NCBI RefSeq assembly: GCF_009914755.1
Contig: NC_060925.1
Direction: 5' to 3' (one strand)
DNA from: the human T2T-CHM13v2.0 reference genome, Homo sapiens
DNA: 64,000 nt
Below are positions 57,793 to 64,000 of the stretch, piece after piece. Each line of letters begins with the position of its first letter. Position 1 is the first letter of the stretch. Both the position numbers and the translations under genes were made by a program. The notes beneath the pieces are model-generated. The model saw nothing but the letters and a program-made list of their open reading frames with translations, was not told where the DNA came from and made no database searches.

Positions 57793-58703
57793 TGTGAACC
57801 AAAAATAAAATCCTAAGCCCTGCACCAACTGAATGGACATCTCCTCTAAGCCAATGGGATTCCCAAGGAAACCTGGAAAACTAGTTAACTAGTTCACACT
57901 ATGCCGACGGGGGTCGGGGCGGGGGCAGCGGTGGTGGCGGGCGGGGGGGGGGGGCGGATCTGACATGCCTCATTATACTCTCCTTCCTTTGGAATTCAGG
58001 AACAACTGAGCAGCATTAACATTAAAACAGAGATCTTAAGACTGACAAAACAGACTCTTTGTAGCAATAAGATACCAAATTCAGACCTGACTATGGTATA
58101 GCATCACATGACTGATAGCAGGCCCTGAAAGAAATCATTTTACCCTAAAATATATTTGTGATATTTTGAAATGGCCCTGCCAGGCTATCTCTTATGGGGG
58201 AAATTTACATTTTGTAGATCTTTTCCCGATCCTGAAGAGATTAGCTGAGAGTCTGGTACCTTTTTAAGATCAGTATAGGAAACATTTGCCATCTATCGCC
58301 TCTAAGAGCAGCCACCTATGAGACTTCATCTACATAATAAAAACCTTAGTCTCCGCAATCCCTTATCTTAACCCAGACACTCCTTTTTATTGACTCCAGG
58401 CCTTTAGATAATAACTTAATTATTTCAACCAATTGTGAATCAGAAAATTTTTGAACCCACCTATGACCTAGAATCACCACTTCAAGCGTCCCACCCTCCC
58501 AGACCAAACCAATGTATACCTCACATGTATTGATTGATGTCTTATGTCTCCCTTAAACGTATAAAACCAAGCTGCAACCCATCCACCTTGGGTACATGTT
58601 CTCAGGACCTCTTAAAACTATGCCTTGCACCTTGATCACTCATGATTCGCTCATAATAAACCTCTTTACAAATTTTACAGAGTTTGCCTCTTTTTTGTTG
58701 ACA
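57793..58703 (+). mobile_element. MER4D/E-type ERV1 solo LTR
   Basis: TGTGAACCAAAAATAAAATCCTAAG start; CAGCATTAACATTAAAACAGAGATCTTAAGACTGAC; AATAAA; ends TTGACA. Confidence 0.85.
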
Positions 58704-58803
58704 TAGGCCTTTGAGAATATACACAAATAATTTTTAAGGGCCATGGGGGGCACAGAAAGATTTTTGATTACATAAAGAAACAAGTTACCAAAAATAAGAA
58801 CTA

Positions 58804-59105
<302 letters not shown>

Positions 59106-59123
59106 AATGAGAACCAATAGAAA

Positions 59124-60231
59124 TGATGAGATGGGAGTGTTCCCTTGACCTTGACCCCCTTTGTGGGCAAGAACTGAAATGGCTCATTTCACTCAGCCTG
59201 CCACTGGCCCCTTCTTGAGAGAGGGAGCGTGCAAGTAAGGGAGGAGACCACCCCTCATATTGTGTTATGCCCAATTTCTGCCTCCAAAGAAAGAAGAAGT
59301 AACAACTAAAAGGCAGAAATGAAATCCACAGGCAGACAGCCTGGCGCAGCCCTGGGCCTGGTTAAAGATCGACCCCTGACCTAACCCGTTATGTTATCTA
59401 TAGATTCCACACATTGTATGGAAAAGCATTGTGAAAATCCCTGTCCTGTTCTGTTTTGTTCTGATTACCGGTGCATGCAGCCCCCAGTCACGTATCCACT
59501 GCTTGCTCAATTGATCACGACCCTCTATCCCCTTGGAGTTGTGAGCCCTTAAAAGGGACAGGGATTGCTCACCTGGGGAGCTCAGTTGTTGGAGACGTGA
59601 GTCTTGCTGAACCTTCCAGCCGAATAAAACCCTTCCTTCTTTAACTCGGTGTCTGAGGGGTTTTGTCTGCGGCTTGTCCTGCTACACAAGCAAGCGAGTG
59701 CGGGAACTGGAGTGAGTGAATACTGGAACCGGGGGTCACTTCTCTCTGGTGAGAACAGGCTCTGTGTGGGCCCCGCAGCAGCCTCCGAGCCCCTGCCCTC
59801 TCGGCACCTGAGTTCTCGTCCAGCATCTGGGAAGAATGAGGTCCCATGAATGGGTTGAAGGGTAGTGTGTGTGGAGGATTTTATTGGGTAATAAAAGCAG
59901 TTTTCAGTGGGATGGAGAATTGGAAAAGGGATGGTGCAGGAAGAAGGTGATCTTTCCCTGAAGCTGCACCATCTGAAGTTAGCCGTGTCTATCTGTGGTC
60001 TCGGACACTCAGTTGCTGCTTCTCTGTTTGCTGCTCAACCACTTGTATCCCAGCCGCTCAGCCGCTTGTGTTACTCTGCCAGCTGAAGTCTTTTTATGGG
60101 CATAGGATAGGGGCGGGGCAGGCCAAAAAGGCAACATTTGGGCAGAAAAATGGGGTCAGCTGTTTTCACTTAGGACTGCGGTTCCAGGCTTAAGGGTGGG
60201 GTTTAGCCAGGGGCCCAGGTGTTCTGTATCA
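59124..60231 (-). mobile_element. LTR27-like ERV1 solo LTR, interrupted by LTR2
   Basis: Reverse complement begins TGATACAGAAC...GGCTAAACCCCACCCTTAAGCCTGGAACC; TG...CA termini. Confidence 0.7.
59236..59686 (+). mobile_element. LTR2 (HERV-E family) solo LTR
   Basis: TAAGGGAGGAGACCACCCCTCATATTG start, GAATAAA, ends CCTGCTACA; 4-bp TSD CAAG. Confidence 0.9.
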
Positions 60232-61359
60232 ATAACAAGGAACAGAAACTAGAAACTGATCCCCAAAGACTTCAGATGCAGAAGCAATTGGAAATTAAAA
60301 CTTAAAGCTACTTACTATTTGAAGGAAATAAAATATCTGCTTTTAAAAATGACAGCATTTGAGGAAAATGATTTCAAATCTGGCATATAGGATGCCTGGA
60401 AGTTGTCGTTTTTGTCCTCACAAGATAAAAGGTGAACAAACTAAAGATCAGCAACTCTTCTTAGATCCATCAGAGAATGGGGACCACAGTGCAAACTGAT
60501 GCCCCCGGAATTGGAGAGACAGAAAGGCAGATACAAGAAATCACAATATACTGGAGCAAACGCCCAAGAATGAACACCTCCCCAGGAACCAGTACTGGAA
60601 TAAGAAAACCTAAAAGTATAACTAATGAATTGCTGGAGGCTCAGGATGAACATGTTTGAGAATTTAAAACTCCGAGGGGGCTCGGTTTTAGGTGTATGCA
60701 CCCACAATTTTGTGAGTTTTACCACTTGGAGGTAAAACTCTACCAGGTTCTCACAGTGGACATCAGAGAAAAATTCCCTTGTGTTTCTTGGGGATGGAAA
60801 AAGTCACCATTGTGAAGGATGCCAGAGCGTTCTGCTCTCCTTAACAAGGCCCACGTGCAAGAGACAGTATTTTACCAGAGGCTACCTAACCTACTGGATT
60901 TTCATCAGAGTCTAACTGACCTCAAGAAGGGAAATACCCAAAGCCAGCCCCCTCTGGCCCTCCTGTCTCACCTAAGAGGGGAAACAACGCAGAACAAAAC
61001 TGAGAAGCTCTTGATAAGGGCACAGCCCAGGGGCACAGGCTCACTAAGAGACTGAAACCTGATCACAGGGCTGTAGAACACTGGCCTCCACTCCCCCAAC
61101 CTTTTACCACCACTTCAATGGGGCTCCAGTATAATAATGGGAAAATACAACCGAAAGAACTGCATGTCTCAGACCTTATTTAAGACGTCTCTATAGAGAA
61201 ACCAAAAGATCAGAGGGGAGACAAACAACAAGGATACTGAAGTAAATTTTAGACTCTGACATCGACAGTTACAACAAATAATAAACACAGCCTAAGCCTT
61301 AGCAAGATAAACATAAAACCTTACTAAAGGCCTACTTACCTTGGTTTCTTTCTACCTGG

Positions 61360-61948
61360 TGATACTGGTGGGCTGGGGGAGGTCCCCGAATGCAGGGGGG
61401 ACGTTGGCCTAGCCAGTGTCCAGGCTCTTGACACTGTTGTGAGAAGGAATTTAAGGATGAGTTGGAAAAGAGTGAAAGTACAGAGACTTATTGCAAAGCG
61501 AAAAGGACACATTCAAGAAAAGAGAATGTGGGCATACTCATGAAAGAGCCACTCCCAGTGGGGTTTGGGGTTTATAACTTTTTGGGCTTCTTTAACCAAG
61601 GTGTGAAACATTCCTGAAGATTCCCAGAAAGAGGTGAAGACTTCTTGGAACTGCGGTGTTACCCATTTTAACATCCAAATATGGATGCTCCTGGAACTGT
61701 CTTGGCGCTGGTGGGTATGTGATTTACAATGCTAATGTGCATATAATTAGGTCCTAGGTGAAACCTAGGTCAAATCCAGCGCCATGTTGAGTCCACTCAG
61801 TCTTAGCCAGCTTGGTCCACATCCTCGTTTTCAGTCTTATCAGGCCCTATCTCATGCAGCTATTTCAAGTTTCCTTTTGCTAGTCATGTGAAACTGCTGC
61901 TTAGAATTTTCTATTCTCCTGTGACCACCTTGTCTTATGCCTGTCTCA
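61360..61948 (-). mobile_element. ERV1 solo LTR (LTR36/MER66/MER41-related)
   Basis: TG...CA termini; reverse complement begins TGAGACAGGCATAAGACAAGGTGGTCACAGGAGAATAGAAAATT. Confidence 0.65.
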
Positions 61949-62789
61949 CTAATACCTCATATTTGGCTTTCAATAAAATATTACAAGTCACACTAAAAGA
62001 CAAAAAAAAAAAAAAAAACCCACAAAAAACCCCAAACATTGAAGAAACAGAGCAAATGTCAGAACCAGACTTGATATGGCAGAGATATTGAAATTATTAG
62101 AAGAGGGATTTAAAATAAATATTAAAATGCTAAGGACTGTAATGAAAAAAGGGAACAACTTGCAAGAACAGATAAATAATGCAAGCAGAGAGATGAGAAC
62201 TCTAAGATAGAATCAAAGGAAATGCTAGAAATAAAAAACATTGTAGCAGAAACAAGAATGCCTTCAAAAAGCTCATCAATAGGACAGAGTGGAGGAAAGA
62301 ATCAGCTGGCTTGAGGAAGTTTCAATAGAAACATCCAAAACTGAAATGCAAAAAAAAAAAAAAAGGGAATAAAAAAAATCACAAAGCATCCAAGAACTGT
62401 GGAACAATTACAAAAAGTATAAATACGTATAGTGTGTGAGTTCCAGAAAGAAAAGAAAGAGAATAAATATTTTAGATAATAATGAATAAGAATATCCCAA
62501 AATTGATAATAGACAACAAACCACTGATCCAGGAAGTTTAGAGCACACCAAACATGATATACCTAGGCATATCATATTCATTATACCTAGGCATATCATA
62601 TTCAAACTATAGAAAGTCAAGGACAGATAAAAATCTTGAAAGAATCCATAAGGGAAGGATGAGGGAAAAAACAACCTTATCTATAGAAGAGGCTTGTTGG
62701 AAACCATGCAAGCAAAAAGAAAATGGAGAGAAATTTAGAATAAAGCATTGAAAGAAAAAAAACCAACATCAACATAGAATCCTGAATAG

Positions 62790-63188
<399 letters not shown>

Positions 63189-64000
63189 TAAATATTTTCT
63201 AATACAAACAGAAATTAAGGGAATTTGTCATCAGCAGACTTAAATGCAAGAAATGTTACAATAAATTCTACAGACAGAAGGAAAATGATAAAATGATATA
63301 GGTCAAAAATTTGGATTTACATGAAGAAAGAATGTTAGAGAAGAAATAAAGGTAAAATGAAATATTTTATTCTTATTTTTAATTGATTAAAAGAGAATAG
63401 TTTGTTCAAAATAATAATAGCAACATGTTTTCGGTGACTATAGCTTATAGATAGATTAGCGAAATGAATGACAGCAATGTTAGAAAGGATGAGAGAGAAG
63501 AATTGGGAGTACTCTGTTATATAGTACTTGCACTGCTTGTGAAGTAGTATAAAAATATTTGAAAGAGGACTTGAAATAATTGTAAGTATATACCGCAAAC
63601 TCAAGGGCAGCCACTAAAAAAAAGTTTTTTAAAAATAAAATATTTGAGAATCATCTAGAATTAAGGAAAACACCAATCCATATAATTAAAATGCCCTACA
63701 AACTCTTTGCAAAATACATTTTTAAAAAACTATATGGCACATATAATTGTGAAACTGCAGAAAACCACAGGAAAAGAGAAAATATTAAAAGCAGTCAGAC
63801 CAATTTCCAAGAAATACAAAGGAGGGAGAAATATATTAAATGTACATAATAAACTATATAAACAACCAAACCAGCAAGATCCAGAGGTTCACAACTTCAT
63901 AGGACAAACAACTCATTTCTTCAACAAATAAATTGCAAAAAAAAAAGCAGAGGAATCTGTGGTAAGGCTGTAGATGAAACATGACTGACATGAGTTAGTA

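Overview
This is primate, most likely human, genomic DNA that reads as intergenic or intronic. I find no credible protein-coding gene, tRNA/rRNA or CRISPR array. Most of the window is interspersed repeats: about 20 Alus (J/S/Y), old L1M fragments, L2/MIR/L3 relics, MaLR and ERV solo LTRs (including HERV-E-family LTR2B and LTR2), DNA-transposon MITEs, and one full-length SVA inserted into the linker of an Alu. Nearly all supplied ORFs are repeat-derived or chance. The most notable structures not explained by repeats are: (1) a near-perfect ~128-bp fold-back palindrome at 3904-4031; (2) a 127-bp local duplicate captured inside an L1 (46132-46258 vs 47631-47757); (3) several repeat-free, transcription-factor-motif-dense blocks resembling developmental enhancers (22.6-23.0 kb, 29.2-29.8 kb); (4) candidate + strand non-coding exons; and (5) a possible fossil LINE-ORF1-like frame at 6294-6760. 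Repeat subfamily names come from recalled consensus sequences and need RepeatMasker/Dfam confirmation. I cannot support a claim of a new multi-gene system here.
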